Positions 11,155 to 22,625 of a stretch of DNA of 39,817 nt are shown in pieces. A model generated the notes under the pieces. It had not been told where the DNA came from. It saw only the letters and a list, made by a program, of their open reading frames with translations, and did not search any database. Numbering within the stretch: the stretch's first letter is position 1; every line of letters begins with the position of its first letter. The stretch is from Pelomyxa schiedti (taxonomy: Eukaryota; Protista; Evosea): the NCBI GenBank assembly GCA_020536535.1, contig JAHLWZ010000944.1:1-39817 (forward strand). The letters are read 5' to 3'. The translations under genes and the position numbers were made by a program.

Positions 11155-11326
11155 TGCCCTCCCATTCAAATATGGTAGAATCAGCCCCAATAACATGGTG
11201 CAATACTTCACCAACATTCTATGTCATAACCTGCCTTGGGGTAAAACCTCATAAGTGTGTAGAATGTTGGTGAAGTGTTGCACCAAGTGATTGGGGCTGA
11301 TTCTATAATATTTGAATGGGATGGCA
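11155..11326 (+). repeat. Long inverted repeat / fold-back (candidate hairpin RNA or pre-miRNA)
   Basis: Arms 11156-11221 and 11260-11325 are reverse complements at 60/66 positions around a 38-nt loop. Two of the six mismatches are G-U pairs on the + strand. Confidence 0.85.
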
Positions 11327-11675
11327 CACAGTTAGTCTTAGTAAGTACTGCAACCAGTTCCTATTATTTAGCATTCTGCTTTCTTTTTCAGACAGCATTT
11401 TGTTGAGAGCCTTTGATTCTCAGCTTATTTCTTGAGAGGTAGTCCATCACACTTAAGCAGTGCATTAGACACATGTGCCAGGAGGTCATTACTGAGTATT
11501 ACAGAAAAAAGGACCAAGAGGCAGGTCTGGTATCCTGTAGCAACTTCTTGCATTACAGGAAGTAGCTGGTTGGAATTTGTTGCACCAAGATAACAATGAT
11601 GTCTTATTCTTTCTACAAGTTTGTGTTGCCCTCTCCATAAATAATAATAATATCACCCAAAGGCTATGAAACACT

Positions 11676-11736
11676 CAGACAGATTGGTATGACACAAGTG
11701 AGCCCAAGGTTGTTTAACATATGACCAATCTGTCTG
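11676..11736. repeat. Inverted repeat, 13-bp perfect stem
   Basis: CAGACAGATTGGT (11676-11688) / ACCAATCTGTCTG (11724-11736). Confidence 0.7.
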
Positions 11737-12144
11737 TCAACAACAGCACACAGCATCTTCCAAAACACATTGATCGAGGGGTACATGGCAGAGGTAACAC
11801 CTAAAACACAAAAACCCAACCAAAAAAGCAACCAACCATTTTCAAGGTCCAAAGATTGAGTGCTGTGCCCACTGTCACAGCTCTGGAAGACTTCATTCTT
11901 GAGAGAATTCCAAGGAATCCTGAGGGGCTGAGGAACCTCAGGTTAATCAGCACAAAGAACCCTGACTGTGTGCTGGTTGCTCTGTGCAAGCTTGCTTCCC
12001 TGTTCCACATCGACATCTCCAAGACACTAGACACCACCTGACCGTGAGGATTCAGGTGAATCGAATCCGTGTTTGTTGTTGTAAAATGATGCCTCAGAGT
12101 AGTAATTCCGCCCCACGCTTAAAAAAAAAAAAAGCCGATCTTGC

Positions 12145-14550
12145 ATGTCGAACGTGCACGGTCTGTCGGATTACCGCAGCGGGGACGATGGTAAAACCAA
12201 GTGCTAGATACTGATAGCAACATCCTCACAAAACACGCAAAAGCGCAGATAGGCGACAACCACCACCGTCAGGAAGGGGCGGCGGATTGCCTCCAGGATT
12301 CCCAGGGATGCCGGGCGGGATGGGGCTGCCAACCGCACCTACGAAGAGAAAGCCAGCAGGCGGGAGAGTGAGGGAAATTCAAGATGGCCAACTTCAAAAT
12401 GAACTTAGGAAAGCCGGTGGTGCTTTGGTAGGCAGTCATGTGTACTTTTTTTTTTTTCTTTTTTTGCATTTTTCTAACCATACATTATTGCTCGCAGGTT
12501 GTTGTTGATTTTAACGCATCGTGGTATTTTTTCTACTTCCGCTTTTTTCCTTCCTTACGCTCTTTGAGGTGTGGGCCATGTGAGAGAATGAAGCCTATGG
12601 TCGTGGAGGCAAGTACCAAGTACCCTGCGGCTGTTTTCCTCAGTGTGGATGTGGATCAATGCGAAGTAGAAAACCACTCCGAAATTGTATTTAATAGCTG
12701 AGACAAATCTCACAGGAAACTGCCAGGGACTGTTCTGTCAGAGGCATTCCTTTGTTTCATTTCTATCGGAATAGCAAGCTTCTGGACCAGTTTACTGGAT
12801 ACAACCCGGATCTATTTCAGTCCACTCTGCAGGTATCTCTGAGTCTTATTTCTTTATTGGCCTTCAAGTTTTTCCCTAGAAACACCTCAAGGGTGGTCCT
12901 GGCGCGACCCCTTCAGCTGAGCCAACTTCAGAAAAGGAATGGGGAACTGGCCACCGACTTGATGCACCTGATCCACACCCAGATTCTGCAATGCCAAATG
13001 TCGCTTCTGACCCGAGTGTAAATGCTGTGTTTTTGAAAGGGTTGACCGAGATGGGGTTTTCTGAGGTAATTGTGCTAATTTTGTATCTGATATTTATGTA
13101 ACAAGGCAAGGGCAAAAAAAGCACTTCTTGCAACGTCACAGGTCTCAATTGATAGTGCATTAGATTGGTAACTATCACTTGGAGTTTTTCTTTTCCCTCA
13201 TCTTGTACAAGGATTTTATCACATGATGAACCAGAGGTTTCTCTCTTCCTCCCTTTTTTTTTTTCAACATAAAGCCAGGCTGATAATACCCCAAAGCAAA
13301 AGCCTACTCCTACACCTCTCCCAGCTGTCACTACACCACCAGCTTCACCATCTCCCACGCCGACACCCACAACAACTCCTGCGCCCACAGCGAGTCCAAC
13401 AACCCCACCTCACTCTGAACCCTCAACGGTTGCTTCTCCTTCACCATCAGACACGGCCACCCCCACCCCAGAAGCCACACCTACGCCCGTGGTTCATAAT
13501 GCAATCTGCAATTCATGCAACCAGCAGATCATTGGTATCAGATATAAAGTTAGTCCTGTTTACGTTTCCTTTTACCACCATGCTCATCCATTCATATAGT
13601 GCAAGACCTGCCCCGATTTTGACTTGTGCAGAACATGTGAGGCAAAAAAGGAACATGATATTTCCCATGAATTTCGAGTATTTACTGAGGATGTCATGCC
13701 TGAATTGAGTCCCGAGGAGGTCGCTTTGCAGAAAGAAAGGTCTTTTTTGAACTACGTAACAAGAAATTAATCATGAAAAAAAGGGTGATGAAGAGGTTAG
13801 CCGCCATGAAGCAGCAGAAAGATGTTGAGAATGAAAAGGTACTTTATCATCCAGGAATCGACATGGCGTTTACCTTGTACAGCTTGCACGTGAACAGGAA
13901 ATAGCCCGACGGAAATCCGCTAAAGAAATCGCTGACGCCAAAGAAAAATGGAAAGAAGAGTCTGACAAAAGAGAATATGCCTTGCGCAGGAAAGAGGTTG
14001 TCAAGTGCCGGAAAACCAACAACCCCTAATTTGTCAACAGAAAGACGACGAGAAGTTGGCCCGAGAGAAAATCAGACAAGAAATAGCAAGAGATAAAGCA
14101 GAAAGACTAGCTCGATTGCAGGGTTCTAGTAGTGCTACAGCTCCCACGTCTGGTGCCGCAACTGCTACCGCCACTCCGGCAGTTGTTCCACCGGCTGTAG
14201 AGTACACAGAGTGTCACATCCAAGTAGGATTTTCCCTCTTTTTAGCTCGTTTTATTTAACTCGGTTTGCAGTTCAAAATGCCGAATGGGCAAGTCATGAA
14301 GCAGCAGTTCTCACCAACAACCACAGTTGGTGAGATTCACAGCTTTGCTTGCTCACATGCTCCACCACGACCAAGTGGGACTTATGGCAAGCTCTCTCTG
14401 TTGATACCCTTCCCTCGTCAAGTGCTCAACAACACGCACTTCCCACTCACACTCAAAGCTGTTGGTTTGTGTCCCATCGCTTTTTCTTAGCACCACTCAC
14501 TCTATCCAGGTCTGGTGCCAAATGGGACAGTCGTGGTATCATATACTTGA
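12145..14550 (+). CDS. Thioredoxin-UBA-ZZ zinc finger-coiled coil-UBX protein (UBXN1/SAKS1-like p97 adaptor), multi-exon
   Basis: VVVDFNASW|CGPCERMKP (Trx; WCGPC split by an intron), LTEMGFSE|[10 protein letters not shown]...ALDW (UBA), [18 protein letters not shown]|[13 protein letters not shown] (ZZ), [16 protein letters not shown] (coiled coil), CHIQ|FKMPNG...IPFPR...[10 protein letters not shown] (UBX with FPR loop). Confidence 0.88.
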
Positions 14551-14627
14551 AAATAATAGCACCCTGGAATTGCTTGACAAAAATAAACTCTTTTTTGGTT
14601 TTCTACGTTTTTTCCTTTGTGTGTTAG

Positions 14628-16045
14628 CTATACAGAGTTTTCAGTTGGGTTCAGGATGGAGTTTGAGCAGTATCCATGCCTTGGCCTAAATAGCTTCTTT
14701 TTTGAAGTCAAGTAGGGCATTTTCCCCTTCTGTTTGAGTCTTCTGTACGCTTCCATTATGTGGTTGCTCTGAAGTGGAAGATGTCCTGATCCAGGTTGCA
14801 TTTCTTCCATTACTGTCCTGGCTTTGGCGAAGTCAATAATTCATGTAGTGTTTCGGTTGGTAACATTTACCTTCTTCAATTATCTCCCCAAGAAAAACTT
14901 TGGTGATACCTCCTATAAGTAAACTCACGGCAGAGCCTAGTCTGGTATTTAAAGATTTCTGCACAATCTACTACGGTATTATTAATGCGAAGCAATGAAC
15001 CTACAGTATGGTACCTCTTTCACTTCATCAGTGGGAATTTTCGACCTTCTGAAAGCTTCGTATCGATCTTGTTGCAATCTTTTCAAGTTCTTGTGCACAT
15101 ACCTTTTGCATAAGTCAATCACACACAAGAACAGCAACAAAAGAACAGCCAGAGAACATCCAACTCAATCACAACAGATATACAACGAGACCCAGAGAGC
15201 GCAGGACTCACTGCATGCTGACTTGTGCTTGGTTCACACTACCCAATGGCTCTTCTCCATCATCATCCGAGTCGCCATCATCGAGGTCCGGGTCAGCCTC
15301 GTCGCCGCCGCCGCCGCCCGGCTTGCCCCCCTGCCCCGGCGACGCCCCGCTCATAGAGGACCCTCCCCCCCCTAGCGTGGAGTCGCCCGCGCCGCCTCTG
15401 CTGCTCACCCCAGACATCAGCAGGGTCCCCACGTCGTCCTCCCCGCCGCTGCTGCCCCCCCCGCCCCCGGCCTTGGTGGAATCGTCGAACAGCAGGCTGC
15501 CCAGGTCGTCCAGAGGCGGCTGGGACTGCGAGGCCCCCCCCCCCGCGGCCGCGGCCGGACCCGCGCCCCCCGCCGCGCCCGGCGCCCCGCCTGCCGCGCT
15601 TGGGCGTGGGCTCCGCGGGCTCCAGGAAGTCCTCCTCGTCGACGGTGACCGGGGCGCCCGAGTCGCCCGTGGGCGAGGCTATGGACTCGTCCCCGGCGCC
15701 CGCGCCGCTCGCCGCCGCGCGCCCGCGCCCGCGCCCGCCCCTGCCTCGCGGCCGGCCGCCGCGGCCCCTGCCTCGCGGCTTGGGCGTGGCCGGCGCAGTG
15801 TCGCCGCCTGCGGGGTCGTCGGGGCCGCCGTACGACTCCTTTTGCTTCCCGCGGCCCCTGCCTCGCCCCCTGCCTCGGCCGCGGCCCCGCTTGGGCTCTG
15901 CTGGTGCAGCGACGGAGCCCGGGGACAGCGCCGACGCTATGGGCGAGGGCGCGGACGTGGGCCACCTCCCTGGTGATGCATTCACTCCCGTGGGTGTAGC
16001 TGCGCCGTAGTGGCCGTCCTCGTCGTACGATATGCGGTATGACAT
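14628..16045 (-). CDS. TAF11: TFIID subunit TAF11 (TAFII28) with long RG/AT-hook-like and acidic N-terminus; apparent 1-nt frameshift in a homopolymer at 15534-15544
   Basis: The spliced C-terminus QDRYEAFRRSKIP...GGITKVFLGEIIEEARTVMEEM...PLQSNHIMEAYRRLKQKGKMP matches the TAFII28 histone-fold pattern. Confidence 0.85.
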
Positions 16046-16281
16046 TGAAATCTACAAAATGAATCTGCAATCTTTTTGTAGTCTACTGATCAAGACACCA
16101 TGAATTGGGAAGGCTGGTGCAAGTTTTTTTTTCCCTGGTCACAGTCACACTGCATAGTCCACATCCCCTGCTCTCCAATCTGATCAAGCATTTGAAAATT
16201 CTTGCAACAAACAAATCCGGTCTAACAACAAGGTAGTACCGAAAAGCTACACCACCCGCAGAGCCACACAATACACAACAA
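16046..16281. promoter_or_regulatory. Compact divergent (bidirectional) promoter region, TAF11 / CCAR1-like
   Basis: Only 236 bp separate two divergently oriented start codons. Confidence 0.5.
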
Positions 16282-19200
16282 ATGGCCGACTGGCGATCTC
16301 CACAGCCACAACAGCAGTACTACGGCGGCGCATCGGGCCCCCAATACGGCCAACCTCCCGGCGTGATTCCCACAATGCAGCAGCAACAGCCCCCGTCGTC
16401 CATAGGAGCCCCTCCTCCCCACCTCACAATGCAACAGCAGCACCTCCTGCAGCCGCAGCAAGCCCAGCCGCACGGGCCCCAGCCTGGCGTCGGCGGGGGC
16501 GTGGGAGCCCGCGTCGGGGGTGCGCCATCCCAGTACGGCGCCACCTACGGCCAGCCGCAGGGCCCCGGGGGGGGCGTCGGCGGGAGCTACGCCCACATGG
16601 GCATGCAGCAGCAGCGGGTGCCCGGCGCCGGCCCGCAGCCCACGCCTCAGCAGCAACAGCCGCCGCCGTATCACCAGCTGGGCCAGCCGCAGCAAATGCA
16701 ACAGGACATGCGGGGCAACATGCCGCCGTACGGGCAGCTGCAGCAGCAGCAGCAGATGGCGGGGCCGCAGGCGCAGCAGCCGCAGCCTCAGATTTACCCG
16801 CAGGGCTCCCCGCAGATGGGCATGCAGCCGTCGCTTATGATGCAGCAGCAGCAGCCGCAGGCGCAGCCACAGCCGTACAGACCGGCCCAGGGGGCTCCTT
16901 ATATGGGGCAGCAGCCCCCGGCCCAGTATCCTCCGCAGGGACCGCAGTACAACCAGCCACAGTATACACCGCAGTATCAAACTGGGCCGCAATCACAGGG
17001 GACCCACCTTCTCCAGCCACCCCCTCAGCAGAACCAGGCACAACTCACCTCTTATATGCCGCCAGGGCAGCAGCCTGTTAGTCACTTGCATCCACCTGTT
17101 CAGCAGTATTCTGCAAGTGGCAGAGGGGTTGGTGGTGTCGGAGGAATGAATTCACTTGGTTTAATACAACGTCCCGGTCCTCCCGCGAACGCAATGCCAA
17201 TCACATCGTACAATCCTCCTGGTGGTCTACTTGCACACTCAACCCCAAATCCCAGCCAACCATCAAGGTAATCCATCCACAATATACCACTTTTTAATGT
17301 TCTCAGATTCTCTTCATTCAATGATATAGCCACTGCAACTCGGCATGCGCAGGTAACAATCCCATCATCATTCACTGAAGTATGTTTGTCTACCCCCTTC
17401 TTAGGACTTCCTATCATCAAAGGCTGCACAGTTCTCACATATGCAGACCAATCCTTCATCCGGGTTTGGTTTCATGTCATTCCCACATTTTTCTTACATG
17501 TTGCCTTCCCCATCAACAGTGTCCGTACTGCTGACTATGCAGGTGTAAAACGAGATGACTCTTGGCCAATCCGTCGTTCAACAACTTCATCTATCACATC
17601 CTCATCCCCATCATCTAGTAGATCATCTGCACCTTCACCGCCACCTCCCCGCCGTTCCGCCGCCCCTCCTCCGGTATAAGACCCTTCCTACAACCTTTAT
17701 TGACTGATACACAGGCGAGGCATACACCATCTAGGAGAAGGTCTTCCAGGTCCAGGTCACGGTCGAGAACCAGGTCCAGGACCAGATCAAGATCAAGATC
17801 CAGGGTGCGCCCTCATTCCAAGTCAAGATCAAGGTCCCATTCACCAAGAAGGTATTACTGGTGTATACTTTTCTATTTGGTGCTGATGCCTGTATTTCAG
17901 ATCCTCTCCAGGGCCCAAATTGAAAAAAGAAGTTGTCCCACCAAAAAGGCGAGATGCCTCAATTGAGAGAGATAAGGACAGAAAATATTCATTGTACGTT
18001 GCCCAAATGATCTGTTTTCTTCTTTCATGAAGTTCTTATTTTTCTCCTATAGTAAGATGCCCCCTTATGTATTAAACAAGCCAGTTTACACTCTACTTGA
18101 CTTGAAGACTATGTTCACTTCTTTGTATTTGGTCAGTGACTTCACATCACTTCACGCAAATTGGGTTGACACAGCTCATGTTGATTTACTTGCTTTGGAC
18201 AAAGCCATTACATTTGAAATTGAAAACGTCGATGTATCTAACCCCAACCAGTGATTTTAAGGGAACTAATAATGTTTCTTGCATGAAGGTTGAGGAGCCA
18301 CCGCAGCTCCCACCGGGTACTGTGCACTCTGGTTTTATTTACAACGCTAAGGTTTTTTTGATGAGTGGAATATCCTATTCAACATTGGCTAAAGTACTTC
18401 TTTTTAAACGTGATCAAAGTAACACAGTGCTCTAGCCCCGAAAAGAGGGTGAATTCTTTGGCAAAATGCTTCATTTCCTGGTTGGAAACAAAGAAAACAG
18501 TCTTATGGCATTTGGGGGGCCATGGGTAGCAGAGCTTGATGGCGGAGATCCCACTCAAGATGACACTCTTAAGCAAACAGCAATGTACTCTTTTTTGCTC
18601 TCTTTTTGAAACCCCTTATCTCATAACTACAAGTCGTACTGTACATGAAACAATTGGAGTGGATCTCAGTAAATGCACACAGTGGCTTCGCTTTATGGAA
18701 GTACGATACTCACGCTCAACTTGTTTTTCCCCTGATAGTGGTGAAATCACAGTAATATTCCTGCCTTCCATAATTGATATTGCACAACCCGAGGTTTGCG
18801 TCCCTCCTTTTACCCCTGTGCTCAGTTGAACAAGGCAGTTCTAAAGAAAGAAAAGCCGGAGTCTGACAAAAAGTACAAGCCTTCACAATTTTCTCTTCAT
18901 TTACATCCTTTTTTCCAGAGAGGTAGAGAATTTAGCTTCAGTGGATCCGTTACTAACATCCCTTGATAAGCCTGAAGTGGCAGATCACAAAAGTGGAGCT
19001 TCATTGGATGCCAAATCCAATACTACAGCACCAAGCAGTCCTGCTGCTTCTTCTAATTCAATTACCACACCCCCAACATCTGTTGCCACATCATCCTCTG
19101 CATCAAAAGATCCAGTCATCGTAGTGAAAAATAAACGTCCAAAACACGCAAAGGGTACGCGTACAATGTGCATTTCACTAGAGGGCCTTTTGGAGTACAA

Positions 19201-21314
19201 TGAGTCAGATGTACAAGAATGCACATTTGAGGTTTCATTTTTTCCCTTCCTTCCCAACCCTCACTTTTTTTAGGTTTCTCTTTTTGGAGAGCTATTTTCT
19301 ATGATGCTTGGAAGAGATTTTGGTGCTCTTATACTTGAGCACATGCTTAAGTACAGTTTGACATTGCCACTGCCATCTGACAAAGAAAAATCTGAATCAA
19401 AAGACAAAAAGTCTCCTGTGTCTGTACCAGATTCCAGTAAGAGAAAGCGGGATACTGAAATGCACCCTACCGAACCGCCAGGGAAGAAGCCCCGAGTTGA
19501 GGTACTTTTCTTAGTTACCAGCTCTGGCTCAATCCTTCAGGGTGAAAACGGAAACACAAAACCTGACACTACTGACCAAGTCAAAAAACTTAAGGTACAA
19601 ATTCCCATTTTTTGTTGTGGCATGCGAACAATTGGAACTAGAATGACGATGTAAATACTCAAGAGAACGGCACAGCACATACTACTAAGGAAGTTGACTC
19701 TGGGCAACTACAAACAGGGGAACAAGCAACAGGGGTCACCAATAACCAGCTAACTGTACCATCTTCAAATAAAGATACCGACCTTGGCCCTCTATCTAAG
19801 GGTACACAAATTCTAAAATCACTTTTCTTCATTTTTGCTTGCATTATCTGTGTGAGGAGTAAGGTTGCAAGGTCTAACAGATTACCTTCAAGAGAAACCA
19901 AAGCCTAAAGGGTTGGAACCTGTGAAGAAGTCTGACACCTCTGTTGAACAAAAGGCTCCACTGAAGCAAGGCATGTCCCGTCATTTTTCTTTGTTGTTTG
20001 TGGGTTGTTTTCTCCGCTATGGCTGCTGCACACAAAACTCGGCACATTTCATCACAACTTCTGAAGTAATCAGTAACACACACCACAACAAACAATACAC
20101 AAAACCGCAACGGGTATCTGGTGTACCTTACACTACATCCAAAAGAAAAGATTGTAACAAACACTTCTTTAGAGGGGAAATCTGACATTCTGAGCAAGGT
20201 AAACGCACTTCCACCAACACTCCACTCTTCACCCGCCTTGATTTGTGCTGGAATGTGTTCCATGGCACTACTCAGCAGGGAGAAGGCCATTAGTATAATA
20301 ACTTATGAATAATAATACCATCCACTGCACAAACCCACAAATTCCCCACAGAATGTGAATCGTGAGCTGGTCAGAGCATTTCAGTACTTTGACCGTTCCA
20401 GTGTTGGCTTCCTGCGACCCTATGATATTGAAGCCATGATCCATTGCCTTGGTTATCAGATGAGTAAGCGTGATGTGCAAACCTTAGTGTCAAGGGTAGT
20501 AGACCACCACTACACACACCATCAGCTTCTACTACAGAACATAGTCTCAAATCAATCCGCTTCAATCAACATCACTCTGCCCTCTCAGCAACAGTCAGTT
20601 ATGCGTGTTCCAGAGTGGTGCCGCCACAAACTGTACTACATCAAGTTTGCGGAAGTGGTTGGTTCCTCACACATCAGCAACTCACAATCATCGCAAGTCA
20701 ATGCAGTGCCAAGTCCGGAACACCCCGTACATTCCAGCATGAATCTAAACCAGGGGCCGTTAGTTACACAGAACAACCCACCTACTCACGACAATTCTGT
20801 TACTGGTATGCCGTGTGAATCAGATGTAACAATGGACAGCAATAAGGCTGCTGAGTCCACAGACACCTCATCCACTGAGCAGTCAACAACGGGCCAACAG
20901 GAATTCCAAAATAACAACACCACAGCCTCAGAAACAACAGCAGCAACAACATCAGAACAAGTTTCTGCCGAGTCAAATGTCCTCCTCATTGAGGAGGCCG
21001 CCGAAGTGCCAACAGAAGGTGGAGTCCAATACCAGGACCAAGAACAATACGCTGATCAACAACAGTATCAAGAGCAACAAGACCCGGAACAACAGCAGCA
21101 GCTGATGTCATCCGACGCACAACAGGTTCAGGAGCAAGGAGACCAGGATGGATACACAGAAGAGCAGACCTACCAGCCAGTTGACACAGATCAGCAGGCA
21201 GGCGACCAGGATGGGACAATAGAGCACTATGAGGACCTTGTTGATGGAGGCGGCACTACAGAGGAAGCTCCAAGTGAGAATCAAGACAAAGGCCCTGATG
21301 TGGGGGCAGAGTAA
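16282..21314 (+). CDS. CCAR1/DBC1-family nuclear protein (Q/P/G-rich N-terminus, RS region, DBC1 domain, EF-hand-like domain, acidic tail), multi-exon
   Basis: YNAKVFLMSG, HFLVG...AFGGPW..LDGGDP, GVDLSKCTQWLRFMEVRY, TVIFLP, ISLEGLLEYNESD...TFEVSLFGELF..ML.RDFG and LVRAFQYFDRSSVGFLRPYD are motifs of the CCAR1/CCAR2 family. Confidence 0.85.
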
Positions 21315-21530
21315 CGCAATAAAAAAGGGGAAAGAAGTTCGAAGTGCAGAATAAAATTCTTTTTTTTTTGAAAATATTTTTTTAGTTGGTGAAATGTTAT
21401 TCATTATTCAGTTGGAATGCTAAACAGCCTAATTGCGTATACACATGTTCTGATCTTTTTGCGGGAAAAGCTGCGGGCCGTAGTTGTGGGAGTACCATAA
21501 TCGCTCTGCGGGTTTCTGAGCTGCACAGTT

Positions 21531-22475
21531 CTATGGTTTCTCCGTAGCACGTTGGTTTATGAGTTTGAGTACAATTTCACGTGAACTGGGGTCCAGTATC
21601 TTCACCATGTGCCTTTCAACTCGGAAGCAAACAGCCCTGGCGAGTTCCGCAGGGTTTGTGACATCAACACCCAATGGTATCCTCATCGTTCCAACGTCCT
21701 AACAATTGGGCCATTATTAATATTATATTGAATTAATGTTTGTAATAAAGATGCAACAGATGTTAAAACCCCGATATACCTCAAAGCCTTGCTTGGAGTA
21801 TATATGCGCAGCGTGGTCATTGAACAAAGCGGTGGTGAGCTCAATTCCATGGCATCCAAGAATATGCCTGCACACATGAGAAACAAAGTCGACTGCGAAA
21901 CTGCCAATCCCGTGACCGTGCCAGGCATCCACCACGCACAGTAAGAAATCAGGCACCACAACTTCGCGGTTGGCCGGATTATCTGGATCAAGAGGTGCCT
22001 CAGGTGCTATTTTCTGCACACCAAAGTGAGCGATTGGAATTCCGTCCGTTTCGCCCGGATTCTGAACAGACTCGACGGCCGGCGACGACGATCCGGAATC
22101 GGAAACAGGGCGCGCGAACATGAGGAACATCGCGTCCCTGCCGCTTGTGCAGTTGCACACCGCCACGTCATACGAATGTGCTGGGTCGGTCCACTTGTAG
22201 GGCATGAACAGGACCCTGGTGGCGTCACTCAGCTGGGCGGCGAGTCTGCTCAGCTGCGATTGGTCTCCTTCTTGGAGGGGTCTGATCACAAACTCCCACT
22301 GGGCGCCGTGCGGCTGCGGCCCACCGGTGGGGCACGGCGGCGTGCCCAGGGGCTGGGACAGCGTAGCTCGAATTCGCAGTGTGACGTGGCGGCCGCTCAC
22401 GCTGACGAATGAAACGGAGGAAGGAAAGCACTTGGTGCACAACTGTGTCACTTGCTCATCGAACCTCGCAGCCAT
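21531..22475 (-). CDS. GNAT-family N-acetyltransferase (2 exons)
   Basis: FVIRPLQEGD, motif A LCVVDAWHGHGIGS and motif B NDHAAHIYSKQGFE|DVG; exon 2 ends QRATEKP* (TAG at 21531-21533). Confidence 0.8.
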
Positions 22476-22625
22476 TTTCACGTAATGAGAGAAATTGAGC
22501 GATTTGCGGCATTCTGTGCAGTTGATTGAAGATGATTCGGTGCAACACAGGTGGTAAGGATTTTAGAACTCATGAAGTCACTATGGGCTTTACATGTAAA
22601 ACAATATCTTCTTTGGAAATGTATT

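Noticed and set aside
11489-12041. Short ORFs as a gene or transposase remnant
   Set aside because: There are stops in all frames, no recognisable motif and no consistent splice model.
12134-12173. Possible third degenerate copy of the mini-element (GCCGATC...CGGTCTGT)
   Set aside because: It needs several gaps, lacks TIRs and overlaps the first coding exon of the Trx-UBX gene.
15215-16992. Long antisense/overlapping ORFs in GC-rich blocks (also 433-1492, 24102-25122, 29195-30205)
   Set aside because: They are by-products of stop-codon scarcity in GC-rich low-complexity coding DNA.
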